Notes: generated by a model from the sequence alone, not told the origin. Shown: positions 33,580 through 44,133, counted from the first letter of the stretch. The stretch: DNA of 45,410 bases from a bacterium (GCA_022844575.1 JALHLL010000001.1:5916-51325); one strand, 5' to 3'. Translations and numbers: made by a program.

Positions 33580-35367
33580 TTATCGTATTATCTGTACCTT
33601 TTTCGTTAGCACGTTTTCACCATTACTCACTCTAATAAAATAAGTTCCGCTATTCAATTCCTGCACGGAAAAATGAATTACATCAATTCCTTCATTAAAA
33701 AAGTCCTGTTTTAATACCGATACATCTTCACCCAAATGATTAACTAAGGTTATTGTATAATAATCGGCTTTTTCATGAACAAATTCCATCATCATATCAT
33801 CGTGCACAGGATTCGGAGCAATATTCAATACGGTTCCATCATCATCATTATTTTCATGAACCGATACCGTAGAATTTGTTACATACATTCTTGCCGTTAC
33901 AGGCAAATGGTCGGATGTTGTGGATGTATAAGAACTGATAAAGGCATTCGGTGTTTCAATATATGTTCTGTGAAGATTTCCTGCGATTTCATTCGATACG
34001 AGAATATGATCAATCATACTTCTGTTCGTACGAATATATGTTGCCAAACCTCGTTCGCTTAATTGTTTCGTAACTACCGACCAATTCTGAACATCATCAA
34101 CAAACACCTTATATGGCGATGGGAATGTACCGTCTTTAATCGTGGATTTAATAACATCATCATTAAAATCGCCCAATACAATTACATTCTTATCTCCATA
34201 AAATGAATTAAGGTAAGTATGGAATGTAGTTGCATCTTGTTCACGACGTGTACGGTCATCTTCTGACGTTAATGTATCCGTTGCTTTTCCATGTATAACA
34301 AAAGCGTGCATATCGGATGTTTTTCCGTCAATGGTTGTTCTAAAAGAAAATCTATAAGGGAATCTGCCGCTTGCCCATGCTTGCGAACCACCATTCACCG
34401 CTAAACCACTATCAAGTAATTGAACGGTTGATGTGCGATATAACCACCCTGTTTTTTGCGCTTGGTTAATGCCTTTGGCAATAAATCCGGAAAAGCCACC
34501 TTGTAAAGTATCTCTTAAACGATTAAACATATTCTCTTTTGCAATTTCTTGCACACCTATAATATCACTTTCCATAGAATTCATGGTGCGTGTAACATTA
34601 CGTAACTGCAATTCGCTATTACTCGGTCCCGAAGTCGTATCGCCAAACCAATATAAATTCCATGTCGCTATATCCAATGTACGATTTCTTTGGACCGTAT
34701 CTTTTACTGGCGGATCAAGGCCCAAGTCAACAGCAAAACGTGGTTGTAATTGATATGTACCTCTGAATTGTGAAATCACACCTATTACATCAATTCTTCC
34801 GCTCGGAATTCCCAACTGATTCGTGGCAATATCCGTATTACCGTCGATTCTTACTTGTAAAGTGTTTCCCGCCTGATTTTTTAAAGTATAATTATTTTCA
34901 CCCTGAAATGCTCCTTCTTCCTGAAATTCCACACCGCGAACTCGGACTAATTGACCTTCAACACTTTCATTAATAGCAGGTATCGTAATATTGCGCGGCT
35001 CGGGTGCTTTTGCTTCAACGGGTACAACAATAAATGTAAAATCAGGCGATGTTAATTGAAATAAACCCGTACCCGGCTGACCTGTTGTCGGTTGAAATTC
35101 CGTAATTGTTGCGGTTTTAATAATAACGGAATCACCCACTTTTACGCCGCCGCGAAATGTGCTGTTAAATAAGGCAACACCGGCAGTACCATCTTGTGCA
35201 AAACATGTATTACGGAATTGATTGGCAACTGTAACACGCAAACCGACATTCGTAACAGTCGAACCGATAGCTTTTGTTTTAACTTCCGCAACCGTTGTTT
35301 GAGCAGAGCTTTCCGAGCATAATTGTAGCCATAAAGCACCTAATACTAATAGTCGAAATATTTTCAT
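33580..35367 (-). CDS. T9SS-sorted extracellular endonuclease/exonuclease/phosphatase (EEP) family nuclease
   Basis: It has a signal peptide and an N-terminal barrel-like region of about 200 aa. The EEP motifs are LDIATWNLYWFGD, IIGVQEI, VLGDFND and SDHLPV. The CTD is IAPNPVHDDMMMEF...GTYFIRV. Confidence 0.8.
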   Translation of the reverse strand: MKIFRLLVLGALWLQLCSESSAQTTVAEVKTKAIGSTVTNVGLRVTVANQFRNTCFAQDGTAGVALFNSTFRGGVKVGDSVIIKTATITEFQPTTGQPGTGLFQLTSPDFTFIVVPVEAKAPEPRNITIPAINESVEGQLVRVRGVEFQEEGAFQGENNYTLKNQAGNTLQVRIDGNTDIATNQLGIPSGRIDVIGVISQFRGTYQLQPRFAVDLGLDPPVKDTVQRNRTLDIATWNLYWFGDTTSGPSNSELQLRNVTRTMNSMESDIIGVQEIAKENMFNRLRDTLQGGFSGFIAKGINQAQKTGWLYRTSTVQLLDSGLAVNGGSQAWASGRFPYRFSFRTTIDGKTSDMHAFVIHGKATDTLTSEDDRTRREQDATTFHTYLNSFYGDKNVIVLGDFNDDVIKSTIKDGTFPSPYKVFVDDVQNWSVVTKQLSERGLATYIRTNRSMIDHILVSNEIAGNLHRTYIETPNAFISSYTSTTSDHLPVTARMYVTNSTVSVHENNDDDGTVLNIAPNPVHDDMMMEFVHEKADYYTITLVNHLGEDVSVLKQDFFNEGIDVIHFSVQELNSGTYFIRVSNGENVLTKKVQIIR

Positions 35368-35400
35368 AAAAACCTTTTAAAAAACAATAAAACTTCAATA

Positions 35401-36087
35401 TCAATGAGGAAGATAACCTACACCTGTACGTGTATCTATCCCGGGAGTATCGTATGTATAAATTGTATATACTTTACCCGCAACAAAGTTTAATACGGGT
35501 AATGAACCCCAAAAATTTTCCTGTTTCCCCTCTTCATGCACGAGAATTGAATGCGTACCTGCATCTATGGGAAAAAGCCGTGTATAATCACCGGAATAAA
35601 TTGAAAACGGAGTAACAATATTCCCGTCGGAGGAAACCTCCAAAGCCGGATCGGCGGGGATTTTTTCAGCCAAATGTACAAAACGCAACGCTGCTTTCCC
35701 TATAAACGGACTTGTTAAAGTATCAGGAAGCGGGGCAAGAAAACCAACGGTATTTGATGCCGATCCTTTCATAAAAACCAAATAATTACCACCGGAGCCA
35801 AGTGTGTAAAAACTTTGAAACAGTAATTTGGAATTTAATTTATCATATACCTGCCAGCGTGTAGCACCACCTGATTTTGCTTCCGTAATCGACGCATATT
35901 GCCCCCGCTCAAGCGAACTTATTTGCACTAAGCTGTCAATATCAATACGAATTGTTTCGGCAAAGGAAATCCCGTTTACAAAACGAATTTTTGCTTTTGC
36001 CAAGTCGGGAATAACCGGAACATCCTCATTACAGCCCGTATTCAAACTAAGGATACCTAAAATCAATAGGAAAGTTATATATCGCAT
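35401..36087 (-). CDS. DUF4397-like lipoprotein
   Basis: The start is at MRYITFLLILGILSLNTGC (lipobox). There are two repeats of the (I/L)RFV(N/H)...........(I/L)(D/E)(I/V)..D pattern typical of DUF4397. It lies 17 nt downstream of the TBDR gene. Confidence 0.55.
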   Translation of the reverse strand: MRYITFLLILGILSLNTGCNEDVPVIPDLAKAKIRFVNGISFAETIRIDIDSLVQISSLERGQYASITEAKSGGATRWQVYDKLNSKLLFQSFYTLGSGGNYLVFMKGSASNTVGFLAPLPDTLTSPFIGKAALRFVHLAEKIPADPALEVSSDGNIVTPFSIYSGDYTRLFPIDAGTHSILVHEEGKQENFWGSLPVLNFVAGKVYTIYTYDTPGIDTRTGVGYLPH

Positions 36088-36104
36088 ACAATTCATTAAT
36101 AATT

Positions 36105-39100
36105 TCAGAAAGAATAACGCATACCCAATTGCATGCGCCAACGCGAATAAAAATTATCCGTCGTGTAGATACCCTGCCCGCCATTTGCGGCATTCGGATC
36201 ATTATAATTGATTATCAAACGATTTTGTCTATCGAACACCGTTCTCGTTTGCGGATCGGTCGTTAGCCCCATAAGACCAAAACTCTGAAATTCCACATAC
36301 TTTTGCAAACCCCATTCGGAATTAAACACATTAAGTATATTCTGAATATCAAGTGTCAGCTCTATTTTTTGACCTGAAAATGTCGGTATTAATTGTGTAA
36401 TACGCATATCCAACAAATTAACCCAAGGTGCACGCATCGCATTCCTCGGTAAAATTTTTCCCTGATATTCTTTCAATTTGGGATTCGCTTCAATAAACTG
36501 CATTAACTGATCGAAAATCTGTGAAGGTGTTCTCAAATCCGTACCTGCCGACGGCTGATTGACAATTACTTTCGTGCCGTAATCTTCACGCTTCGGTACA
36601 TAAATCAAATCGTTAAAGTTAATACCGTCACCGTTGTAATCATTAAAATACGAAAAACCGTACGGTTGCCCCGAATTACTCGAATATACAAGTCCGAATG
36701 TGGTTTTTAACTCCTTAGTCCATGAGTACGTATAAGAAACATTAGTCATTATTCTGTGCGGTATATCAAAGTTGGAACGAGCCAAACTTGCATTATTCGG
36801 ATCGGCAGCATTCGTGTTCTGCCAATTGGAAAGTGCTACTGAATTTTGTCCGGCCTGAATATCATAAGCCCTGCCGAATGTATAAGAGATAATAGCCGAA
36901 ATACCCGGAACAAATTGATTATTGGCATCAAGTGACAGTTGAGAAACGACAGAGTACTGATACCCTTCATTCCGATTACGTAAAAGTAAAACTTGTGTAA
37001 AGTCTTTTGTCCTCAAAGAATCCGAACTTGAACCGAGTGCATACATTGCCCTTCCGTCCGTCGGCGATATGGCAAAACGTTTGGAGGGACGCAAATTCAT
37101 ATTCGTATAATCCACTTCATTTCTATTTTGGCTATACATACCTTCTAATGTCAAAGTCAGCCCATTATCAAGTTTATAATCCATACCAAATGTTGAACGC
37201 CATGTCTGTGGTAATCGGAAATTTTTATCCGTAAGATTTATAACCGATGTTCTAATCGGTTGTCCTGGATATGTGGAGTCACCGGGTACCAAAGGATCAT
37301 TTGCATATTGCGTATTAAGTGGAAATACAAAAGGCGTATTTGTACGGGGGTCATTTATTAGAACCTGATTTGCCCCTGTTCGCCCTAATTCCGAACGATA
37401 AAGATCCATACCCGTATTTGCATATTGATTGCCCAACCAAACCGCAGCTACACGTCCTGTAAATAAACCCGTACCACCCCGAATAATAAGAGTTTTGTCA
37501 TCGAATACATTATAATTAAACCCAATACGCGGAGAGAATAATAAATTATTATTCGGTAATTGATCGGTCGAAAAGCCGGGGAAACGTTTTGAGAGCGTAT
37601 CATTCCTATAGGGGGTATCTAAAAATATCGGTAAATCGAAACGCAAACCGCCTGTAATTCTGAGATTGGAAGAAACAGTCCATTCATCGGAAATATACCA
37701 ACCGGTTTGCAACATACTCCATTGCGCTCGCGGACGTGTATTTCCTCCCGTTACATTCGTATTAGCATAACTTACTCTGTAAAATGAAGGTGTACCGTTC
37801 GCAAATGCCTCTGCCGTCGGAAATATCATACTGCTAAAGGCATCCTGAATAAATAAATTATTAAAAAAATACAATTCATTATGCGTACCTAATGTTATTG
37901 TATTGTCTCCGGCAAATAATGTAAAGTCATCGGTAAGAGCAAATTGTTTTTGATTAAGCGCGTTTGTAGCCGAGCTTCGTTCAGGACCTAACCACACACT
38001 CTGATTTCCGCCCAAATACACACGAATTTCGGGAAAAGAGTTTCCTTGCAAATCTCTTTCATCATTAATGGATGTAAATGAAATTCTTAATTCATTAAAT
38101 ACATTATCAACAGCACTGAGACCTAAAAAATTCATATCGTGAAACATTGTATTCAACTGTCCTACGGTCGAATTTGTCACACTGTTAAATATATTCCATT
38201 GGCTTGATAAAGAAAAATTCGCATTGTCCCTCCGTACATTACGGTCTTGCAAACCATATGTATAATTATGCCTTACTTGCAATTTATTCGATTCGTTGAT
38301 ATTCCAATCCATTCTACCGATAATGTTCAAAGAATTATTACGCGATGTAAATAAATCGGAATTACCTGCATCATATCCGTACTTCGTGCGCGCTATTTCT
38401 TCAATTTCATCAATCTGATTTTTCGATACGGGAAAATTATTTAAAGCTCCCGGATCATTTATTCCTAATTCCAGAGGTGTTCGTCTTAATCGTGTTTCAG
38501 CAGTTATATGAAAAAAGAGCGTATTTTCAATAAATGCGCCGCCTAATCTGCCACCCATCTGAAAATCGCTGAATTGTGCATAGGGTCGGCGATTTGCATC
38601 AGGGCTTAAACCGACCAAGTCCTCATTACGACCATAGAGAAATACCGAACCTCTCATCGTATTGGTACCGGCTTTTGTTATGGCATTCACAACGCCACCC
38701 GTAAATCCGCTTTGCCTGACATCATAAGGGGATACGGAAACCTTTAACTCCTCTATAGCATCTAATGAAATAAAATTCGTATTTGCCTGACTTCCCGCCG
38801 TTCCTGCTTCGCCCAAACCGAACATATCATTTGCAACAGCTCCATCAATCTGAAAATTATTAAATCGTGAATTTTGCCCCGCTATACTCAAACCCTGCAA
38901 ACCGTCATTGCCTGCTGTTTGTGTCTGATTCGCAAGCGGGTTAATTCGGGCAAAATCGCTTATACTTCGGTTAATAGTCGGCGCGGCAGTTATCTGTTCA
39001 TTGGATATAACCGAACCTGAACCCGTTTTCGATATATCAAGTTCATTACTACGTTGTGCACTGACAATTACCTCTTCCGTTTTTGTATCTTTTTCCGAAA

Positions 39101-39434
39101 GTTCAAAGGAAATGTCCGTTTCCTCGCCGAGTTGTACTTGTATGTTCTTCTGTTCGGCTGAGTTGTAACCGATATAACTTACCTTTACAGAATATGGACT
39201 TCCGACTCTCATTCCTTTTATCGTGTATCGTCCTGATGAGCGAACAATAGCTCCGTACTTTGTTCCGGTCGGTTCATGAACGGCAATAATTCTTGCCCCG
39301 GCCAAAGCTGTACGCTTTTTATCATTTTGCGCTTTGGAAAACACCGTACCGCTTATGGAGCCGGTCGTGACACCCTGTGACCAAGCACTTATTGATGTAA
39401 GTATAAAGAGTACAAAGAGTAGTCGTAGATTCAT
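36105..39434 (-). CDS. TonB-dependent receptor with CarboxypepD_reg-like domain (about 1109 aa)
   Basis: The start is at MNLRLLFVLFILTSISAWSQ. The CarboxypepD_reg-like domain is GTVFSK...GRYTIKGMRVGSPYSVKVSYIGY, followed by a plug and a long barrel ending in MRYSF. Confidence 0.9.
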   Translation of the reverse strand: MNLRLLFVLFILTSISAWSQGVTTGSISGTVFSKAQNDKKRTALAGARIIAVHEPTGTKYGAIVRSSGRYTIKGMRVGSPYSVKVSYIGYNSAEQKNIQVQLGEETDISFELSEKDTKTEEVIVSAQRSNELDISKTGSGSVISNEQITAAPTINRSISDFARINPLANQTQTAGNDGLQGLSIAGQNSRFNNFQIDGAVANDMFGLGEAGTAGSQANTNFISLDAIEELKVSVSPYDVRQSGFTGGVVNAITKAGTNTMRGSVFLYGRNEDLVGLSPDANRRPYAQFSDFQMGGRLGGAFIENTLFFHITAETRLRRTPLELGINDPGALNNFPVSKNQIDEIEEIARTKYGYDAGNSDLFTSRNNSLNIIGRMDWNINESNKLQVRHNYTYGLQDRNVRRDNANFSLSSQWNIFNSVTNSTVGQLNTMFHDMNFLGLSAVDNVFNELRISFTSINDERDLQGNSFPEIRVYLGGNQSVWLGPERSSATNALNQKQFALTDDFTLFAGDNTITLGTHNELYFFNNLFIQDAFSSMIFPTAEAFANGTPSFYRVSYANTNVTGGNTRPRAQWSMLQTGWYISDEWTVSSNLRITGGLRFDLPIFLDTPYRNDTLSKRFPGFSTDQLPNNNLLFSPRIGFNYNVFDDKTLIIRGGTGLFTGRVAAVWLGNQYANTGMDLYRSELGRTGANQVLINDPRTNTPFVFPLNTQYANDPLVPGDSTYPGQPIRTSVINLTDKNFRLPQTWRSTFGMDYKLDNGLTLTLEGMYSQNRNEVDYTNMNLRPSKRFAISPTDGRAMYALGSSSDSLRTKDFTQVLLLRNRNEGYQYSVVSQLSLDANNQFVPGISAIISYTFGRAYDIQAGQNSVALSNWQNTNAADPNNASLARSNFDIPHRIMTNVSYTYSWTKELKTTFGLVYSSNSGQPYGFSYFNDYNGDGINFNDLIYVPKREDYGTKVIVNQPSAGTDLRTPSQIFDQLMQFIEANPKLKEYQGKILPRNAMRAPWVNLLDMRITQLIPTFSGQKIELTLDIQNILNVFNSEWGLQKYVEFQSFGLMGLTTDPQTRTVFDRQNRLIINYNDPNAANGGQGIYTTDNFYSRWRMQLGMRYSF

Positions 39435-39562
39435 AATAATCGCCGATGTTACACATAACTTCCGCAAAACTCCGCAAATTTCTCAGCCCTGCCAAGTGAA
39501 CTTATAGTAATGAGAAAAATGTTCGCTTTGGCGTAAAGAATAATTGACTACAACTTATTACC

Positions 39563-39612
39563 AAATCATAAAATCCCTATCAAAAATCATTAAGAAATCA
39601 TAATCAAATCAC
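39563..39612 (+). promoter_or_regulatory. four phased direct repeats AAATCAY (Pho-box-like architecture)
   Basis: AAATCAT occurs at 39563, 39584 and 39595, and AAATCAC at 39606. The spacings are 21, 11 and 11 bp. They lie in the divergent intergenic region between the TBDR operon and the phytase-like gene. Confidence 0.4.
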
Positions 39613-39692
39613 AACATAAAGCCAACATTAGCTCAGTTAACTTGCTCTCCTATACAGTAGCAAGGTCTCATTCACATTATAAGGGAACCATT

Positions 39693-42600
39693 ATGAGTTT
39701 TCTCCGCTCAAAGTTTTTTTGTTTCACTGCGTTTATTGTTGCGATAGCCATATTCGATTATGTGCCATCCTTATCGCAGGCATATCCCCCACAGGGAAGA
39801 ACATTGCAGTTCTTGGGTAGATATTCTACCGGTTTATTTAACCAGTCAGCAGCCGAAATAGTAAGTTATGACCCCGCAACAAAAACTGCTTATATGATAA
39901 GTTCGGTAGCTGTTCGCCTTGATGCAATCAACTTGTCAAATCCGAAAAATCCGACACTTTCATTTACTATTGATTTATCACCTTATGGTAGTGCCGTTAA
40001 TAGTGTTGCTGTTAAGAATGGCATTATAGCCGCAGCAATGGAAGCACCTGTTCGTACCGACAACGGTTCTATTGTGCTTCTTACAACATCAGGGCAATTA
40101 TTAACACAATTAGCCGTGGGTGCTCAGCCCGACATGGTTACTTTCACCCATGACGGAAATAAAATTCTTGTAGCTAATGAAGGCGAACCGAGTTCCAATT
40201 ATTCTGTTGACCCTAATGGCTCGATAAGCATTGTGAATATTGCCGCCGGAGTTCAAAATGTAACGGTAACAACTCTCGATTTCAGTTCTTACAATAATCG
40301 CCGTCAGGAATTACTCGGAAAAGGTATTCGTCTTTTTGGGCCAAATGCAACGGTAGCTCAGGATTTCGAACCTGAATATGTAGCAGTATCTCCCGATAAT
40401 TCGCGTGCATGGGTAACATTACAGGAAAACAATGCCGTTGCTGTCATCAATCTTACTAACAATACATTAGCGGATATTTATCCTCTCGGTACAAAAGATT
40501 GGGGTCGCGGTTTACCAAGATGCGAAAAATATACGATGGAAAATCGTCCGCTTATGGGAACAACAGCGGCAGGTCAGGATATTTTGCTCGGTGGTTTTTC
40601 GGGCTTATGGTACGAAGGTACGACACCCGACGGTAAAATGAAATTTATCACTCATCCTGATAGAGGTCCGAATGCTGAACCTGCTAATATCGGCGGTGTT
40701 GTTAAAAGACCATTCGCATTACCCGACTATCAGGCGCGTATAGTACGTTTTGAATTGGATCCTGCAACAAAAAGTACAACAATAACCGAACAAATACCGC
40801 TTTTCCGTACTGATGGTGTAACACCTATAAGCGGAAAACCAAATGTTCAGGCACAAGCACAGGGTTTGGCATATACCGATGAGTTTGGCGTTGACTTATT
40901 TGGCAACCCGATTTCCAATGATGAAATGGGTGGCGACATGGAAGGAATTGTTGTCGCACCTGATGGTACATTTTATCTTGTTGATGAATATCGTCCGGCA
41001 ATCTATAATTTCGATCAGAACGGTATAATGATTGACCGTTTTATACCGATGGGTACTGCCGCTGCCGCGAGTCGTCCTGATGGTACATTCGGAACGGAAG
41101 TATTACCGGCCGTTTATGGTCAGCGTCGCAATAACCGTGGTTTCGAGGCAGTTGCAATCGAGGGCAATAAATTATACGCATTCATTCAGAGTGGTATTGA
41201 TAGCCCGGATTTGACAAATGACAATACTTCAAGAAATTCTAATTTCTTACGAATTGTTGAGTTTGATATCGTTACCAAAACCGTAACCGGTGAATTTGTT
41301 TATCCGATATTTGAACGCGCGCAAACTTGCGACAAACTTGGCGATGCCGTTTCTTTGGGCAATGGTCGTTTTCTTGTTGTTGAGCGTGATGATGCAACAG
41401 GACCAAATGCACGTAAGTATATTTTTGAAATTAACTTAACCGGAGCTACCAACACATTTACCAACCCGCCTTCTCTTGCGGTGGGTAAAACAATTGAAAA
41501 TTCAACGTATGATGAATTAGTTGCTGCAAATGTTCGCCCTGTTTTCAAACGTAAAGCAGTTCATCTTGCCTCTATCGGTTACGATCAAGCGGAAAAAGTT
41601 GAAGGTCTCGCAAGAATTGATGACAATACATTTGCGATTATAAATGACAATGATTTCGGCGTAGGCGGAAGTGTTTTACCGGCGATTCCTAATGGAACAA
41701 TTACTGTTAATTCTACCCCGATTGAATTAGGCATCATCAGTTTTGACCGTAGTAATGCTTTAGATGCCAGCGATCGTGATGGCGCGGGTAACACAGCATC
41801 CATTAACTTCCGTAACTGGCAAAATCTTTACGGTTTATTTATGCCCGATGCTATTTCCTCTTTCACTTCGGGCGGCAGAACTTATTATATTACTGCCAAT
41901 GAAGGTGATGCACGTGATTATTCCGGCTTTGGTGAAGAACGCAGAGTTAGTGATGCTACAAGGGTACCGTTAAATCCTGTATTTTTCCCGAATGCAACAA
42001 CCCTAAGACAAGATGCAAATCTTGGTCGTTTGCAAATTACTTCGTTTGTCAATACCGGCACTTTAAGTGCTTCTTCAATGTCAAGCGGCGATTTGGATGG
42101 TAATGGTACTTTCGAGATGCTCCATACCTTCGGCACTCGTTCATTTACAATATGGAATGCCGATGGTAACTTAGTTTGGGATAGCGGTGATGATTTAGAG
42201 CGTCGTACAGCATTCTTATTCCCTAACAACTTCAATGCAAGTAATTCCAACAATACACGTGATGGTCGTAGCACCTCCAAAGGTCCCGAACCGGAAGCAG
42301 TAACCGTAGGTGTAGTGAACGGTCGTACTTTAGCATTTATAGGACTTGAGCGTATAGGCGGAATTGCTGTATGGGATATAACGGAAGCTCACAAACCTAA
42401 ATATGTAGATTACATAAATACCCGTTCATTTAATGCACTCTTCAACTATCCGACTGAAGGCGATTTAGGACCCGAGGGTTTAGTCTTTATCCCTGAAAAT
42501 GAAAGCCCGAATGGACTGCCAATGATACTATGTGCAAACGAGACAAGTGGTACTGTTTCGATTTATCAAGTTAATCCTACTGCTGTTTATGTAGATGGAC

Positions 42601-44108
42601 AAAATGGTGATGATAACAATACCGGTATCAATCGCACAAACTCACCAATAGGTACAGGTCCGAAAAAAACTGTACAAGGAGGTATTAGCGGCGTTGCAAA
42701 TGAAGGTCGTGTAGAAGTTACAGCCGGTATGTACAATGAAACAGTTACTATCAACAAACAAGCTACCGTTATCGGACCTGCTATGATGAATAGTCAGAGT
42801 GTCGTAACAATAAACGGCGGCAATGGTACAACGGTAACATCTATCGGTTCCGATAATAAATTATTCCAGAGAATAAATCTTGGTATCGCAGCAAATCCTG
42901 TCGCACGTATAGCAAGCATTCCTACAGGAAGTTCCGGCAATGTTGTTCTTATAGGAAATGCACAAATTGGCGGCTCGAATGTTTCGGCTTCCATTGCGGC
43001 ATCCGTTATAAATGATGCTAATGATGCAGGATTCGGCACAGGACGTGTCTTATTCGGCCCAATGGCTCCACCGACACAAAATCTTGTCCTTCACCTCGAT
43101 GCTACTTCGCATACTGCTCCTAATAACTCTCCGACAGCACTATGGAACGATCGTTCAGGTAATGATAATAATGCCGAACAGACAATCAATGCACGTACCC
43201 CAATGTTTTTGGCAAATTCGCCATTATTTAACAATAGAAACTCTATGGTTTTTACCGGTGGTAAAGGCATGGAAGTTAAAAATTCTGCTGTGCTAAACGG
43301 TGGCGGACATAAAACAATGTTCGTTGTATTCCGCACCGGTAGTAGTATTGCCGGATATCAGACTATTGCTGAATTAGGCGGAACGAATAGCGGATTTTCA
43401 ATGTATGTATTTAATGGTCGTATATATTTCGGAACTTGGGATAATTCCATACTTTATTCTTCGCGTATTATCTCTGCAAATACCAATTATCTTGCTCAGT
43501 TTACATACAATGGAGAAAGAATCGGTTGGTCGCTCAATCGCTTTACATATTCTTCGCCATTCAACGATAACTCCATAGCACCTGATTTTTCAAAGGTCGG
43601 TATTGGTGCGGTATCCGAAGGAACTCGTTATCATAATAGAGTTGAAGGTTCGGCTTTTGCTCATCCTTTTGCAGGACAAATACCTGAAGTTTTAGTATAT
43701 AATGCTTCTCATATAGATATGCGCGAACTAACATTCGCTTATCTTAACGAGAAATACAACTTGAACTTAGCGTTACAGCCGCTTGAAAAAACAAGTGACA
43801 GCGATACCGAATGGGAAATAATTGAAGGCGAAGGAAATAATAATACCGGTGAAAATGCAAGTATTAGTATTCAACCGAATCCTGCAAATGATAATACGAC
43901 AATCATTGTTAACAATGCTAATTCATCCGATATACGCTTAACAGTTACCGATTTATTCGGTACGACAGTTATTCCTACTCGAGTTTTACATTCATTAAAT
44001 AATAATGTTTTAACTCTCGATACAAAACAGTTATCATCGGGTATGTACATTGTTCGTGTAGAATCTAATGGTTCAGTATTTAGTGAAAAAATGACAGTTG
44101 TCCGATAA
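39693..44108 (+). CDS. 1471-aa T9SS-sorted multidomain protein: choice-of-anchor-I propeller + phytase-like esterase domain + LamG-like domain + CTD
   Basis: The start is at MSFLRSKFFCF (signal peptide). The choice-of-anchor-I motifs are SAAEIVSYDPATKTAY, GAQPDMVTFTHDGNKILVANEGEPSSNYSVDPNGSISIV, ANEGDARDY, KGPEPEAVTVG...GLERIGGIAVWD and GDLGPEGLVFIP. The phytase-like segment is LGGFSGLWYEG...HPDRGPN...MEGIVV...DEYRP. The LamG-like segment is LHLDATS...WNDRSGNDNNAEQ. The CTD is IQPNPANDNTTIIV...GMYIVRV. Confidence 0.8.
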   Translation: MSFLRSKFFCFTAFIVAIAIFDYVPSLSQAYPPQGRTLQFLGRYSTGLFNQSAAEIVSYDPATKTAYMISSVAVRLDAINLSNPKNPTLSFTIDLSPYGSAVNSVAVKNGIIAAAMEAPVRTDNGSIVLLTTSGQLLTQLAVGAQPDMVTFTHDGNKILVANEGEPSSNYSVDPNGSISIVNIAAGVQNVTVTTLDFSSYNNRRQELLGKGIRLFGPNATVAQDFEPEYVAVSPDNSRAWVTLQENNAVAVINLTNNTLADIYPLGTKDWGRGLPRCEKYTMENRPLMGTTAAGQDILLGGFSGLWYEGTTPDGKMKFITHPDRGPNAEPANIGGVVKRPFALPDYQARIVRFELDPATKSTTITEQIPLFRTDGVTPISGKPNVQAQAQGLAYTDEFGVDLFGNPISNDEMGGDMEGIVVAPDGTFYLVDEYRPAIYNFDQNGIMIDRFIPMGTAAAASRPDGTFGTEVLPAVYGQRRNNRGFEAVAIEGNKLYAFIQSGIDSPDLTNDNTSRNSNFLRIVEFDIVTKTVTGEFVYPIFERAQTCDKLGDAVSLGNGRFLVVERDDATGPNARKYIFEINLTGATNTFTNPPSLAVGKTIENSTYDELVAANVRPVFKRKAVHLASIGYDQAEKVEGLARIDDNTFAIINDNDFGVGGSVLPAIPNGTITVNSTPIELGIISFDRSNALDASDRDGAGNTASINFRNWQNLYGLFMPDAISSFTSGGRTYYITANEGDARDYSGFGEERRVSDATRVPLNPVFFPNATTLRQDANLGRLQITSFVNTGTLSASSMSSGDLDGNGTFEMLHTFGTRSFTIWNADGNLVWDSGDDLERRTAFLFPNNFNASNSNNTRDGRSTSKGPEPEAVTVGVVNGRTLAFIGLERIGGIAVWDITEAHKPKYVDYINTRSFNALFNYPTEGDLGPEGLVFIPENESPNGLPMILCANETSGTVSIYQVNPTAVYVDGQNGDDNNTGINRTNSPIGTGPKKTVQGGISGVANEGRVEVTAGMYNETVTINKQATVIGPAMMNSQSVVTINGGNGTTVTSIGSDNKLFQRINLGIAANPVARIASIPTGSSGNVVLIGNAQIGGSNVSASIAASVINDANDAGFGTGRVLFGPMAPPTQNLVLHLDATSHTAPNNSPTALWNDRSGNDNNAEQTINARTPMFLANSPLFNNRNSMVFTGGKGMEVKNSAVLNGGGHKTMFVVFRTGSSIAGYQTIAELGGTNSGFSMYVFNGRIYFGTWDNSILYSSRIISANTNYLAQFTYNGERIGWSLNRFTYSSPFNDNSIAPDFSKVGIGAVSEGTRYHNRVEGSAFAHPFAGQIPEVLVYNASHIDMRELTFAYLNEKYNLNLALQPLEKTSDSDTEWEIIEGEGNNNTGENASISIQPNPANDNTTIIVNNANSSDIRLTVTDLFGTTVIPTRVLHSLNNNVLTLDTKQLSSGMYIVRVESNGSVFSEKMTVVR

Positions 44109-44133
44109 ACAAGTGTAATTTTGTCCATTCAAA

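Noticed and set aside
39445-39460. ATGTTAC-A-CATAAC just upstream of the third TBDR start, resembling the operator half-sites of the cassette promoters.
   Set aside because: The half-sites are adjacent rather than spaced by about 15-17 bp and do not form the same inverted repeat. They sit inside the 5' UTR next to the ATG. The evidence is too weak to link this receptor to the same regulator.
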